From: Octopus sinensis
Taxonomy: Eukaryota
Reading direction: 5' to 3'
Assembly (NCBI RefSeq): GCF_006345805.1
Contig: NC_042998.1
Span: forward strand, 59,024,001 to 59,088,000
DNA: 64,000 nucleotides
Numbering within the stretch: the first letter of the stretch is position 1; the number at the start of each line of letters is the position of its first letter. The position numbers were made by a program, and so were the translations under genes. Shown here in pieces: positions 25,483 through 39,480 of the stretch. The notes beneath the pieces were generated by a model. That model ran no database searches, was not told where the DNA came from, and was given only the letters and a program-made list of their open reading frames with translations.

Positions 25483-27885
25483 ATTTGATATGTGTATAAT
25501 ACTTAAATTTTCGGTGGCTTGTCATACAAGCAGGGCAATCTTACGTGGCTAAAACAGCTATTTGAATAGTGAATAGTGAAAAGTATAATTTTTTTCAAAA
25601 TTGAACTAAGTTCTTTATATTATCCATCACTTAGCGCATGCGTATAAGTGCAAATTATCACCTGCTCCCTTGGAAATTGATATTTGCTGACATTGATGAC
25701 AGACGATATAATCGAACAAGAGAAAAAATGAAACCGAATAAGAGCGCAAACAGAAGCAATGGATCGAAACGCTAGAATAAGCACGGGAACATCAGTGTGC
25801 GGAAGAGAAAATATGAATCAAAGAGTATAGAGTGAATATTTACAACAGATAAGGGGACCTATTCAAGTTAGAATATAAAATGTAAATCAGAGGGAACGAC
25901 CAAGCAAAAACAAAAAAAAAAAAAAAACTGTAAATATACGGTTGAAAGTAACATTAATGACAGGAATATTCTTTGTAATCATAGTTGTATAGCTCTTAGA
26001 TTTATAAATGAACCTCTGAAATTTTGAAAGTATGGGGAATTCATGCTCCTTCAATTGCAGCCTTATCCAGAAAAAAATGAAAACTTTTTCTGTATGAGAA
26101 TTATGCAGAATGTGCAATTTATAAAGGAACGCTAATTTTTATGTCACTTTTTAAGCTTACAGCCATCTAAAATGATTCGCATTTATTGTGGAACTTCTCC
26201 GGGTACGGCTAGTAAAATATGTGTAACACCAACTGTGCTGAATGACTCTTAACGTGTGTCCACTCACTCATATAAATGTATGTGTGTGTGTATGTATGTA
26301 TGTATATATGTAGGTATGTATGTGTGTATGTGTGTGCGTGCATGCGTGCGTGTGTGTGTGTGCGAGTGTATGTGTGTGTACATGTACATGTATATGTGTG
26401 AATGCTCTAAAGACGTTCTTTTAGCTGGCATAGTTATTTGTTTTGTTTTTTTTTCTTATTAGAGTTCCACCGAAACTGGGTCTTTTGATCTGCGTGCGCG
26501 GCACCTTGCACGACAACAAACATAAGAAAGCCTTTCGGTAATCATTTGGCATCCTAAGAATAGTAACCTAATCCCCTTAGAAGCACACCATAATATTTTA
26601 AATGAAAAAGGATACATTTAAAACTGTAGTCTAGATAACCCTCGAAACGGGAATGTTATCCAACTCTATATTAGAAGGACACTGCCGAACAGAACAGACA
26701 TTGTTGTTCTACTCGAAAAGAGCAACGACTTCTCACAAATTATCAGTGAATGTTCCTTTAGCATTGCTATTGTTTATCGACACTCTGCCAGGGGCAGAAA
26801 AAAAATCACCGAAATCTGATTCTGTGGACTCGCATTTGTTAGACTCATCACATTAATGCCTGCTAATTTCTCTGCAGGCATTCTTTTAGTCCCGCTGTTG
26901 TTTATCTGAACACTATGAGGGTCAGTTAGTTATTGGTAAATCGAGAAGATTTGGAACAAACATTGTAGCTTTTAATTTTTCTGCCGGCATATATGTAAGT
27001 GTTAATATATATACGTGTTTATAACGTACTGTGAATTTTCGTGTGTTTATGTTTCATTTTGTCTGTGTTTATCTGTATATGTCTATATGTGTAGATGTAT
27101 GTGCGCGTGTCAATGACAGGATAACTTTATTTATTTTGTGTGGATGTTTGTGTTTTTCTTATATCTGCCGCATCAGAAGGTGTGAGTGTGTTTGCACCTG
27201 TGTTTATAGACACGTTCACCGCACGAAACCATTGCATCACATTATAATAGAGAGACGAAAAACAGCCAAAAAACAAGCAAACTAGATATAGATGCATTAG
27301 TCGATAACTCTAACATCATATAGAGAATTGCACACACATACACACACACACAAACACACACACACACACACACACATACACACACACACACACACACAAA
27401 CACACGCACAAAGTTTATCTACGGAAGCTTCATTAATAGCACAATATACGTAAAAACAATCAACAAAGAAAAACAGTACACACGAAATAAACTATGAAAG
27501 TAACGAAAAGTTAAACAATTTTAATCCGGCGAAGACAATTTATTAAGTTACAGTATACGAAATACTTGAAGGTTTAATGAGGTGAGAGACTGAAAGAGAC
27601 TGAGAGAGAGAGGGAGAGAAGGAGGGAGGGAAGCAGGGAAGCAGGGAGAGAGATGGCAGAATCGGAAGAGTATCCGACAAAATACAATGTATTTATCTGC
27701 GTCGACAGATATCGACTTCCCTTTTCACACGCACCTGCCATTTATGCAATCTGTGGGATCGATAAAATATCAAGTTCATTGATATTTTTCATATGTTCTA
27801 CTATAATCTTTCTCTATATAGATTTAATCAGGCCCTTTGCCTATGTTATAAATAAATATAAATAATAATAATAATAATAATAATC

Positions 27886-27937
<52 letters not shown>

Positions 27938-27951
27938 GTGATGATGATGAT

Positions 27952-28646
27952 ATACCCTGATGCAGTACCAGGCAGTGGCTCTTATGGCTTCTGATCTTAA
28001 CTGATTGGAAGTGTTATCATGTACATTGTTTTGTCTTGGTATTAAAGATGAGCTACAGCAAATATTCTGCTCAATACCACAGATTTGCTATGCCCTGATG
28101 CAGTATCAGACAGTGGATCTCGTGGCTTCTGATCTTAACTGATTGGAAGTGTTATCTTGTGCATTGTTTTGTCTAGGTATAAAAGATGGGCTACAGCAAA
28201 TATTCTGCTCAATACCACAGATTTGCTTGTCAGTTGTTTGACCTTAACTAGTTGACCATGTCCCTTAGTGGCTGACGATATGTACATCTCTGATCACGAG
28301 CAGAAGTAGTGGGGGAGCATCATAGCCATGTGTTGAGAGGAATTCTTTTAGGGTTTGAATAATTCACCTCTGGAAACATAGGTGTTCCGTTCAACATCCT
28401 TAAACAATTCTTATTCAGGGTTTTTTGAGCGGGACGGGTTACTCGACTAGAAGAAAATTCTAACTGGGCCCCACCTGCAAGGTCATACGCTGTTTATCTT
28501 GATATGAGTTCACCATGTCGCGCACATATGGTTGTGATGCATATGTCAAGTGTACCCTTATCAGACGGATAGTCATGATGGGTATACTGGGCTTCGTATA
28601 TTTTACCTCAGTGTCACTTTGATGGCATGCACTGCTCTCTCACTCA
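27952..28646. repeat. Unclassified interspersed repeat within (TAA)n, with a 138-bp tandem duplication
   Basis: 27952-28089 is repeated at 28090-28227; (TAA)n on both sides. Confidence 0.6.
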
Positions 28647-28670
28647 ATAATAATAATAATAATAATAATA

Positions 28671-28720
<50 letters not shown>

Positions 28721-28926
28721 TATACAATAATAATAGTATTATTATTATTATTATTAGTAGTAGTAGTAGTAATAATAATAATAATAATAATAATGAAGAA
28801 GAAGAAGAAGAAGAAGAAGAAGAAGAAGAAGAAGAAGAAGAAGAAGAAGAAGAAGAAGAAGAAGAAGAAGAAGAAGAAGAAGAAGAAGAAGAAGAAGAAG
28901 AAGAAGAAGAAGAAGAAGAAGAAGAA
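28646..28926. repeat. (TAA)n/(GAA)n microsatellite
   Basis: Directly visible. Confidence 0.95.
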
Positions 28927-29195
28927 ACAATTCCTATCAAAGTAGGCGCATTAGGTATGACAAAAAATTTTCAGACAAATATGTAGCAAAAACACCAGGA
29001 CTTACAAAAATATATAACATTCAGAAAATTGTACTACTGGGCACTGCACACATTCTACGCAAAACACTTTCAGTACAGTAACCGTAAGAACATCACAACA
29101 AACCACAGCACATACCAAAGGCACACATAGCTGCGCTCGGTCGTGAAGTGAAAGCACGCTATAAAAATATAACTACTAAGTAATAATAATAATAA
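28927..29195 (+). mobile_element. R4/Dong-like LINE 3' end
   Basis: TIPIKVGALGM...IQKIVLLGTAHILRKTLS, short 3' UTR, then (TAA)n. Confidence 0.75.
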
Positions 29196-29225
29196 TTAAT
29201 AAAAATGATGATGGTGATGATGATG

Positions 29226-29262
<37 letters not shown>

Positions 29263-29429
29263 TGATGATGATGATGATAATAATAATAATAACAGTCCTT
29301 TCTACTATAGGCACAAGGCCTGAATTTTTTGTGAAGGGGACCAGTCGATTACATCGACCCCAGTAAGTAACTTGCACTTATTTCATCGACTCCGAAATGA
29401 TAAAAAGCAAAGTAGACAATAATAATAAT

Positions 29430-29895
29430 GATGATGATTTCAAATTTTGGCACAAGGCTAGTAATTTCGGAGGAAAGGACTAGTCAATTATACCTATTTC
29501 TTTACTACCCACAAGGGGCTAAACACAGAAGGGACAAACAAGGACAGACAAACGGATTAAGTCGATTATATCGACCCCAGTGTGTAACTGGTACTTAATT
29601 TATCGACCCCGAAAGGATGAAAGGCAAAGTCGACCTTGGCGGAATTTGAACTCAGAACGCAGCGGCAGACGAAATACCGCTAGGCATTTCGCCCGGCGCG
29701 CTAACGTTTCTGCCAGCTCGCCGCCTTCAAATTATACCGACCCTAGTGTTTCACTAGTACTTAATTTATCAACTCTGAGAGGCTGAATGGCAAAGTCTAC
29801 TTCGGCGGAATTTGAACTCAGAACGTAAAGACGGACGGAATATCGTTAAGCACTTTTGCCTGACGTGCTAACGATTGTGTCAGCTCACTGCCTTA
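29430..29895 (-). mobile_element. SINE family 3, with a younger copy (29495-29729) nested in an older one
   Basis: Head AGGCGGCGAGCTGGCAGAAACGTTAGC, B-box-like GAGTTCAAATTCC; AATTATACC duplicated at 29486-29494 and 29730-29738. Confidence 0.8.
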
Positions 29896-31719
29896 AATAG
29901 TTCTTTCTGCCATAGGTACAAGGCCGCAATGCTCAGCCGGTTCTTATTTCATTGATCCCGAAAGGTTGGAATTTCAGCTTATAAAATATATTTTAATTTT
30001 TGAATTTAAAAAAAAAACAATTTGTAACCTTTCATTTTGAATTAAAAATGTTTTATTTATTTTATTTTCATTTGTATATTCCATATTTTTAATGAGTTTT
30101 AAGTTGTTCCCTAACCTATAACCAGTCATGATTTTTTCATTTCCTGCGTTCCAGGCTTGCCAGATTCAATCTCTGAACCTTCAATCTCACATCTGAGATG
30201 TAGGTATCAATTTACATTCCCTATCTGCTTGCATTCACTTACTATTCAATATTAATTTTCATTTCCTAAATGTAACTGTATATACATATTTATACAATAT
30301 ACCTCGAGTACACTAGTTCTTTCACCAATCACACAACCTTATAGTTGTGTTATCATAACTTTAATTTCCTTCATTCATAATGTAAGACGAAATGGTTATC
30401 CTTCTTATTCCTATTATTGTAATTTGATGATCCTATATTATTCGCTGTTTGTTTGTATCATTATGCAATTTCTTTATTTAAACTACAAATAAGTTTTGTT
30501 ATATCATCGGAATGTGCCCTTAACTCTTCCTTTTAACTGGTGAATTATAATACTTTGTACTTCTATAACGGATAATCTAATCTTCAATACTCTATTACTG
30601 AATATATTTTGCTTTATAATTAATTTCACTTCAATTTTGTGATTGCATTTGCTATATTAGTAACTCTTGACACGTGTTTGTTTTGTTTATTTGCCACCGA
30701 GTTTTCAATTATATTAATCGCATTCTGTATTACATCCTTATTAATATATCTTGGGGTCCTATACCTCTTCTGACCCATGAATTTCAAGTAAATGACTGGT
30801 TGTGTATTTACTAATTAGCTCATTAATTTGACGATTGATTAATTCACTCGTTCAGAAGTGAATTAATTATTGAGATTATATATTTCCTGTTTTTGTTATT
30901 CACTTAGCAGTTTATATCTGAAAAAAAAAAGAGCATAAAACGTGAAATATCAGTGCTATTTTCTCTATTAGATCATTTATTTTTAGTATTCTGTTTGATT
31001 TGTATCAAAATTCATTCATCGCTCTTTAGGACGCTTTGACTATTAAGTTGTAGACAAGCTTAAGTGACCGCGGTCACATTCAGAGATTTGTCCCCAAGAG
31101 TAGTTACCGTAATCATCTTTTTACCGATCTGAATTTTTATTGGGAGGTACTTTAGTGCCTTACTTTACTTCATCTTCCCCCCACCTCATTCTTGCTTTCT
31201 GTTTTATTGAGAATGTTGATGATATTCGCCAAGAAATATAAATCAAAGGAGTTGGTAAAATTTATTTGTGCATTATCAAATATGACGTTTGGTTGCTTTG
31301 GGTCATCAACTGAGCGAGATAATTAAGAAGAAAACTATAGTTGAGTGAATAACTAAGTAGAAAGAAAGATTCTCAAGCAAAAGAAGTGGCGTGCGAGGTA
31401 AGGATCTATGCTGGTGTGGTTGCAAGAAAGATGGGTGAAAATTTAGGGTTTGAAGGCAGAGAGGTCCATATCAAATGTGATACAATTAAATGAAGAGGAT
31501 TAAAGTATTACGGGAAGAGAGCGAGACAGACAGATATGCACTATGCGTTAAATAACAACTAATGCAGTTACTAGTACGACTACGCTTTGAACAAATGAGA
31601 AGAGGAGATTGTGGGATGATAGTACAGAAGCAGAGACAGCAGAGCATAAGGTGGAAATGAGAATACATATGCAAATACAGTTTCATCGCGATACAATTAC
31701 ATTACATATACAACTGTTC

Positions 31720-31775
<56 letters not shown>

Positions 31776-31894
31776 ATATATTATATATATACACAGAGAT
31801 GAATATAAACACTTACAGAGATTTCCTTACTTTATTATAAACATTCGTAATGGTTTTCCTACGGGAATAAATATATTAACGGCTTTCCGTGTAT

Positions 31895-31967
<73 letters not shown>

Positions 31968-31998
31968 TATATATATATATATGTATGTATGTATGTAT

Positions 31999-32055
<57 letters not shown>

Positions 32056-32279
32056 AAATGCTCATTTTAGTATTAAGTTTCACGTAGCATGCGTCATTGC
32101 GCATATTTTCTCAGTCATTTCCCCGTTTCTTTTTACTTATATTGGCGAGTATATGTATCTGCATGAATGTTTATATGTGGAAATATGTATGAAGGTGTTC
32201 CTATGTTGATGTGCGTATGTATACGAAGTGTTAAAATATATGTATGCATTTATGTATGATTGTATATATGTATGTATGC

Positions 32280-32746
32280 TATTATTCAGTTTTATTTCGA
32301 GATTTCTTGTCAATAGAGAAAGAGTAGGTTTCTAACCTAGATCCAAGCCTTCTTTACTGGAGTATTTTTGTACGTATGTATTTATACGTGCAGGTTTGTA
32401 TGTTTTGTTTTATGTATATCTTCTCATGCTTGTGCAAATATATCTAGAGATGCTCATATATACTTCAATAATAAACTTCTGGAAAGTTTTACAGATTTTT
32501 ACAGTTCCAGTGATGGATTGGATCTGTAGTCTTCCAATCGCCTTTCACCTTTCTGGTTTTGAGAAGCCTAATTTCTCAAGATTGGTATTTTGGCAGTGTG
32601 TTACATATCCCAGTGCCCCAATAATTACAGGTATAGACCTGAACTTGTAATCTAGATAGAGTAACTGCAGATTTCTCAATAGTTCAGCGTAGGTATTCTA
32701 TTTTTCACTGATCTTCAGCTTTATGTTAACATCCGCTGGGCAGCTG

Positions 32747-32750
<4 letters not shown>
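32280..32750 (-). mobile_element. R4/Dong-like LINE endonuclease C-terminus and 3' UTR
   Basis: ISCPADVNIKLKISEK*NTYAELLRNLQ...PVIIGALG...ITGTVKICKTF; continues the protein seen at 60745-61320. Confidence 0.7.
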
Positions 32751-32777
<27 letters not shown>

Positions 32778-34099
32778 TGTATGTATGTATGTATGTATGT
32801 ATGCATGCATGCATACATGTATGCATGTATGCGCATATGTATGTACGTATCTAAGTTTATATCAGTATGTATATGACCTCTACTAACTCTGGTGTTCTTC
32901 AGATTTCGTATTTTTTTGCCCTATACTCTTGCTGCTATGTATGAACAGTCACATGCCGTTATCTCCTGTAGTACCCATTCTTAGATAGAATGTACTCTCT
33001 TTTATTCATTCCTAACCGTCCACAACCATATTAAGTTATATAACTTAACTTAGTTTAACTCATTCAAATGTCACTTCTTAACGCAGTGGAGTGAAGAATG
33101 ACAGTAAAGCACATTAGCTGATACATTTGACTTAACACTAAACAACTTCCTGATTTACAAACCACTATTTTACTCTTCTGCAGTTCATTTTGTTACCTAA
33201 TTTACTGTTGTTAAGTAGGTTCCTCCCACTGGTATGATGTGTGACTGCCGTTGTACTGACTGTAGTTGCTGTTTTCTGCCAGTAGCCACAATAGTTCCTA
33301 GTCATCGGATATCGTAGTATGTCTTCGTACCGGAATAGTAATACACTAACTTCTGTCTTATTATCGCCGATAGCCCCACAAGACTACGACTAAAACTGTC
33401 AACTTTCAATTCTTCGACTCTCGAACCTCTCTTGACGGCCGGCTACTGCTCTATTTATAATGGCTTACCCTACCATATACTCAATAAAATTACAATTTTT
33501 GACCCAGGTAGCGATTTTTAAATAACTCCTCCATCGTTAACTATTTAAACCTACCATTCCAGTGCGGGTTCTTCTACAATTAACAGGAATTTTTCATAGT
33601 TTCATCGTTCTCTAACTCCCAACCAATGATTCTATATTTGTTGGTTACTTCAGCTACAGCAGACGTTATTTAATTCCATTAATCTTTATAATAATGATTA
33701 ACTTTCAAAAAATTAGAACAAATTTATTCTTTTCTTCAAAAACTATTCCTCACCATACCTATTCTCTACATTTAACAAAATTCTATAGATAGGAAACTAT
33801 CATTTGAAAACTCGTCAATTATATATATATATATCTCCGACAGATACTCATATATATAATTTTTAGTGTATGTACAAGTCCAGATCAAAATATTGTAAAA
33901 TCATAAGATACAGTTCAGTTTAGTTCCCGTGGCCGGTATCTGAAAGGTACGACGGGTTTCAACTTCTTGTAACCGCCTGCTGTTAACCTTTCTCCCATCT
34001 TCTAAGGGTAAATACCCAATCTTTCTTTGCTGTTTTCACACACATACTGCGTTCGAAACTTACTTCTTTGTCTGTAATATATATATATATATATATAAT

Positions 34100-34155
<56 letters not shown>

Positions 34156-34199
34156 TGGTTATAACTATAGATATACGTATTTACACCTAGACTACGGAC

Positions 34200-34680
34200 G
34201 TGTTGTGTGCGCTCTTTCACGCAAGCTTACCGAACGTATCGAGCAGAGACCATAAACCTATGTCTTGTCGGCAATGATGACGGTCTTCATGAAGTCTATG
34301 TCGTCGTTTCCACTCAGCCACGCCCATATTAGAAGCTGTTGTACTACTCCTTGTTCTGAGTTTTGCCTATGGCATCAACGCCAAAGGCCTGCGGAGTTTT
34401 CTGGGTGATTTGAGCATGAGTATCATCAAGCTTTTGGTAAAACGATGCCATTTCTCTGTTCGATGCCTTAGGTGAAAGTGAAAATTCGACGAACGCGCAA
34501 TATACCTCTGAATTCTAGACATAACAGCCTGAAACTAACGCGGCCTAGCGGCGTAAACATTTTCACGCATGCGCAGAAAGGGTGGTGTCACTTTCCACTC
34601 AAAAAAATTTTGCCTACACGGCATTAGTTTTGTCGGGAAAAAGTAAAGTCGGATCTTATTTGAACGCATGTCCTATGTAT
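34200..34680 (-). mobile_element. Decayed mariner fragment
   Basis: MKTVIIADKT*VYG resembles ITGDETWVY; TIR-like end AAGTCGGATCTTATTTGAACGCA. Confidence 0.4.
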
Positions 34681-34768
34681 GTATGTGTGTGTGTATGTAT
34701 GTATGTATGCATGCATGCATGTATTTATGTATGTATGTATATGATTTATATGTGTGTAAGTGTGTGTG

Positions 34769-35791
34769 TACAGGGTGGCCTGTAAGCCCCTACTCATCCA
34801 TGTATTTTATGTATTCAGTGTATCCAGGTGCTGTCCCTTATTCTCGCTGCATAATATTATGAGACACCATGTTCTGTGAGATATTTTCCTGAACATAACA
34901 AGGGTTATTGTTCCAAATACCGCGGTAACAGTTGCTTTCAATTCTTCGTTGGAATTATTACTTGTTCAGACGCAATGTCCTTTTGTATCCTCAAAAAGAG
35001 TTATCACATGTTGCGGGCCATTTCATGGTTGTCGGGGATTTTACAGAACCATGAGCTATCCATTTGCTTGGAAAAGTATCATTAAGATAATCTCGCACAG
35101 TGAGGGCATAATGAGCCAGGGCTCCATCTTTGAAACCAAATCTCCTCTCTGAATCCGAGTTAATCGAGTTTCGGTATAAACCATTGTTGTAACATGTTTA
35201 GAAATGAGGTATGGTATGTGTGACCCCATTCGGTTATGAATGACAATGGGATTGCACCTAGAAAATTACCCTCTGAGGCACAAGTCCGGGCAAGGTTGTT
35301 TATGGAAGACCAGCAGTCACCCATGCATACCAGTCTCCCCTCTCCATGTCACCGATGTTATCCAAGGCAGAGGGAAAAGACGATGCAGCTTTGCACCAAT
35401 GACGTTGCCGCTCATTTCTACAGCTGAGTGAACTGGAACAATGTGAAATAAAGTGTGTTACTCAAAAGCACAACACGCAGCCCGGTCCGGGAATCGAACT
35501 CACAACCTCAAGATCGTCTAACCACTGAGGTATGGTTTACTGGCACATTAGAAAAGTATAGACCAAAAACATGACGCGCATTAAGTGTTGCCCACATCAT
35601 GACATGCGGAGTGTTGTATTCAATTTCTTCATAATTATGAGGATTCTCCTTTGCCCAGAAGTAAACGTTTCGTGTCCGACTCGAACGGTAAATTGCGCAC
35701 TCGTCCGTAAAGGTCACTGTTCCTCGAGAAGAAATCGAATTGAATACAATAATAATATATGGACGGTCAGGGATTTACGGGTTACTCTGTA
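34769..35791 (-). mobile_element. Tc1-mariner (rosa/DD41D-like) remnant interrupted by a SINE
   Basis: TIRs TACAGGGTGGCCTGTAAGCCCCT / AGGGATTTACGGGTTACTCTGTA; FTDECAIY..WAKENPH..PHVMMWA; KDGALAHY..WP. Confidence 0.65.
35216..35525 (-). mobile_element. tRNA-derived SINE (family 2-like) inside the transposon
   Basis: B box GTTCGATTCCC on the minus strand; TGAGGTATGGT duplicated at 35205-35215 and 35526-35536. Confidence 0.75.
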
Positions 35792-35805
35792 CGTGTGTGT
35801 GTTGT

Positions 35806-35870
<65 letters not shown>

Positions 35871-35959
35871 CATAGTTCATAGATGAGATCCAGATATTCT
35901 CGTATAGAATAAGCTTAGTAGTGCCCAAGAAAATTAAACTTGAGCGAGTATAGAAGTAA

Positions 35960-36235
35960 ATGTAGAGAATACAAGTTAGACAGATCAATATATAAAGTAT
36001 TTTAAATACATGAAATGAAAAAAAATGTATATATGTACTAGTGAAGTCGTTAGCTGTGGCGTTTCGAACTTTAACAAAAACTTTTACAAGGCGTTCCTAC
36101 CCTTTAATCCTGTATATCATTTGTACTCTGGGTAACTTGGACCTTTTTTTGATGTATAGATATCTACATTTTTTGCGTTTCATGTATTTAATACATTTTA
36201 TATATTGATCTGTCTAATTTTCTTATCACTACATT
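35960..36235. repeat. Fold-back element
   Basis: TTAGACAGATCAATATATAAA..AAATACATGAAA versus TTTCATGTATTT..TTTATATATTGATCTGTCTAA; internal segment recurs at 37630-37680. Confidence 0.65.
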
Positions 36236-36724
36236 TGCACACACACATATATATACAAATCACAAAATTATAGTATATACATGCTAATTGTGTAAATAGC
36301 AATCTTAAAAGATAAATTAAGCTTTCAACTTGTTACATCTACGAATTGTATATTCGTAAAAATAAATTGTCTTTCACCCTTCGTCAACCAACTCTAAAGG
36401 TCCAACGCAATTGCAACCAAACTCATCCAAACACACACAACCACAACCAAACACAGACGCATACGCACTGATACTTATACATATATGCGTACATGCATAT
36501 GAATATCTTAAAATATTTCTTCCTGTCTCTCACTCCGTCTCTCTCATCCTTCATTTCCTTCTCTCTCTCTCTCTCATAAGGTAAAGTGTTAACTTTTCAA
36601 ACCACTGTCTGCATTATCAGATATAGCGAAACGCATAAGCAAATGACATTCTTTCTGCAAAAAAAAGAAAAGAAAGAAAAAGAAAAAGAAAATCCAAAAT
36701 TTCGTGTCTTTTAATTCTGTAATT

Positions 36725-37169
36725 GGATCTTTTCGGTTTGGACGGCAGTTTCTAACATAATTTCTAGGTAACTAAAACATTTTAAACTCCGTATACTGGT
36801 AGAATGTGTTTATAAAACGTCTTTTTCTTTTGGCTTTATTGAGAAAATTCTATGGTTTGTAAGATATTTGTTGTTTTTTTTTCTTCAATTTCCGTAATTC
36901 CAACCAATCAATGACGTCTATTGAGTTAAAAAATATTCTGTGCCGTTTGAATATGTCCCTCGTTTAAGAAACAGATTGGGTTTATTTACATTTGTGAAGA
37001 AAAAAAAAATACCCTTCCCCCTACCCCTAACACTAACCTTAACCAACCCTAACTAATCCTAACCCTAAAGCAGATTGAAATGCAATAGATCGATACTAGG
37101 GTCATAATTATGGGTGACAATTTCATATGACACCGCTAGAAAAAACTGCCGTTCAAACCGAAAAGATCC
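36725..37169. mobile_element. MITE with about 24-bp TIRs and internal (CCCTAA)-like repeats
   Basis: GGATCTTTTCGGTTTGGACGGCAGTTT ... AAACTGCCGTTCAAACCGAAAAGATCC. Confidence 0.8.
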
Positions 37170-38419
37170 CACTAAACTACTTCCAACATTACGCAGATAT
37201 CTAATAGTTATTTAATAATCGCCTGTCATATTACACTTCCTCTTCTTTCTTCTTGTCTCTATCTTTTCTTGTTTTTCTCATTCTCCTTATTTTTTCTCGT
37301 CTTCGCTTCATATCTCTTAGACTGCTCACTAGGTACTTCAGCAACATGTGTTCCAGGAATAACATGAATCTGACGCTCATATGTATTTAGTAATAAGCCA
37401 ACACTAAAAAAGGAGGGCGGAAAAGCAATACAAGAGGGACAAGTTTTAACAAAGCCGTTAATAGTTATATTTTTCTAGACATGCGATTTCTAATTAGACG
37501 GATTTTGAAATTCGCTTATCATAATTAGTTTAAACCATGGATTATAGTTGCATTCTACTTAATGAACACAATTATATTTTAGAATTTTTATAAATTTTTC
37601 CTTGTACACATTCACAAGTGAAATAGTTTGTCGTGACGTTTCGAACATTTACAGAGACATTTTCAAGGCGTTCCTACCACCTGTACAAGCACCTTACACC
37701 GTCATTCCTATATTCTATGTTTCTCCTCTCCTCTCTCTCTCTCAGTATTTAATTATAAAATTTATTTTCTTCTCTCTATAAAATTATAATTCTTCTTTGA
37801 ATTTCTGTAGAGGTCTACCCTTAATTTTCTAGCAGCAATTCGTCGACCACAGATACCAGCCTTCCTAATTTAATTCAATTTAGCATATCTCTTTTCGTCT
37901 CTATATTTAGAAAAAAAAACATGTTCAGTGAGACCATCCTATTTTTAAAATAGAAGCTCCTTTAACTGAATAAAATAATTCTTTCTTTTAAAAATTCCGT
38001 ATATCAGTGTATGGAAAGAAACACATGGCCATCTGTAATGAATATTGTATAAATATTAATATACATACCTGCACTCACGTATATGTGTACATACATAAGT
38101 GCGCGTATACTTAAATACACACACGCGCATACACACGCACGCGCGCGCGCGCACACACACGCACTCGCGCGCGCGCACACACACGCACTCGCGCGCGCGC
38201 ACACACACACACACACCACACAAATAGATACATAGATACATACATGCATACATATATACATACATATATACATGCAGTATATACATACTGATGGTTGCTT
38301 GTGTAATTTTTTCGATATATAACGTCTAATTTTTTTTCTATCCTCAATTCATCATTTGTTTTAGACATAGCTAAATGGAATAGTATAGCTATAATATTCC
38401 ATTCCACCATGTCTAATTG

Positions 38420-39480
38420 ACTGTTAATTTACCTTTCGATACTTGGAAAGTTGCCTAACACGAATCAGTAAACTGTCGATCCTCTTTTGGTAAAAAAAGT
38501 TTTGAATTTTTTGTCTTTGTTTAACTCTAGATGATCTCTGAATGTATGATCACAGTCTTCAAGCATTGACCGTTCCATAATATTTTTAGCTTTTGGTAAA
38601 CCACGATTCAACATTGAACATATAAATATATTTCTTAATTCAGAGTGATATGTTGTTATGTAAAACCAACACATATATAAATGCAACTCATAGCTAAGTG
38701 GAAAATGAACCCAAATTGTTTTGTTGACTCGAAGCTTCACAACAGTTACAAAACAATACCAGTGTTACACAAGCAAAGATTTTCTTAAGAGCACAGCTTT
38801 CTGAGGTTTTCCCCGCAATGTGGAAGATTTCCAATATTTTATTATTTTTTTGCTTCGGTTCTGCTATCAATTGGTAAAAGAAAATCTATGACCTAACATT
38901 GATTTTTACTCTATTATGATCTTATCTGCTTTCTCGACACTATTAAATGGTCTGCAAAATACCAAGAGAAGCGTTGTTCAGAAACTGGGAACATGGTATA
39001 TACTTTTCATGCATCAATCATCCTTTGCATGTAACTTCTCTTTGATAGTTTCTATGCCATAGGAACAATTTAACCATTTACTGTTATCGCACTACATTGT
39101 ATCCTGGAACCGTTGTTTAGTGATTATAGTGTACCTGGCGTTCACTTACAATTTTCCATATTTGCTGCATGTAAAAGTTGCACATTTTGGATTAGCTCTA
39201 TGCACGATTTTATTTACCAATATTATATAACATTCTCCTTTTCCAGATCTGTCAATATGGGAAGATTGCATTATCTTTTACTCTCTCTCTGGGCAGTTAT
39301 TTCCAATATTATTGTATCCATTGTATCAGTATCGTATATTGTGTTTTGTACATGCTTATGTTGCTTCTCGAAGTTATGTTTAAGTGTCAGCATATTTGAA
39401 TTAAACACACAAACGCCAGTGGATGGACATAATACTATGTTGTATACGTGGGTACATTATGCACTTGTAAAAACTGAGTA
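38420..39480 (-). pseudogene. Possible highly decayed DNA transposase (hAT-like)
   Basis: Only weak motifs (QGY..., KYIPCS) among many stops. Confidence 0.2.

Noticed and set aside
30200-30920. Minus-strand exon after an acceptor-like site at about 30918
   Set aside because: No long open frame; probably decayed repeat, unassignable
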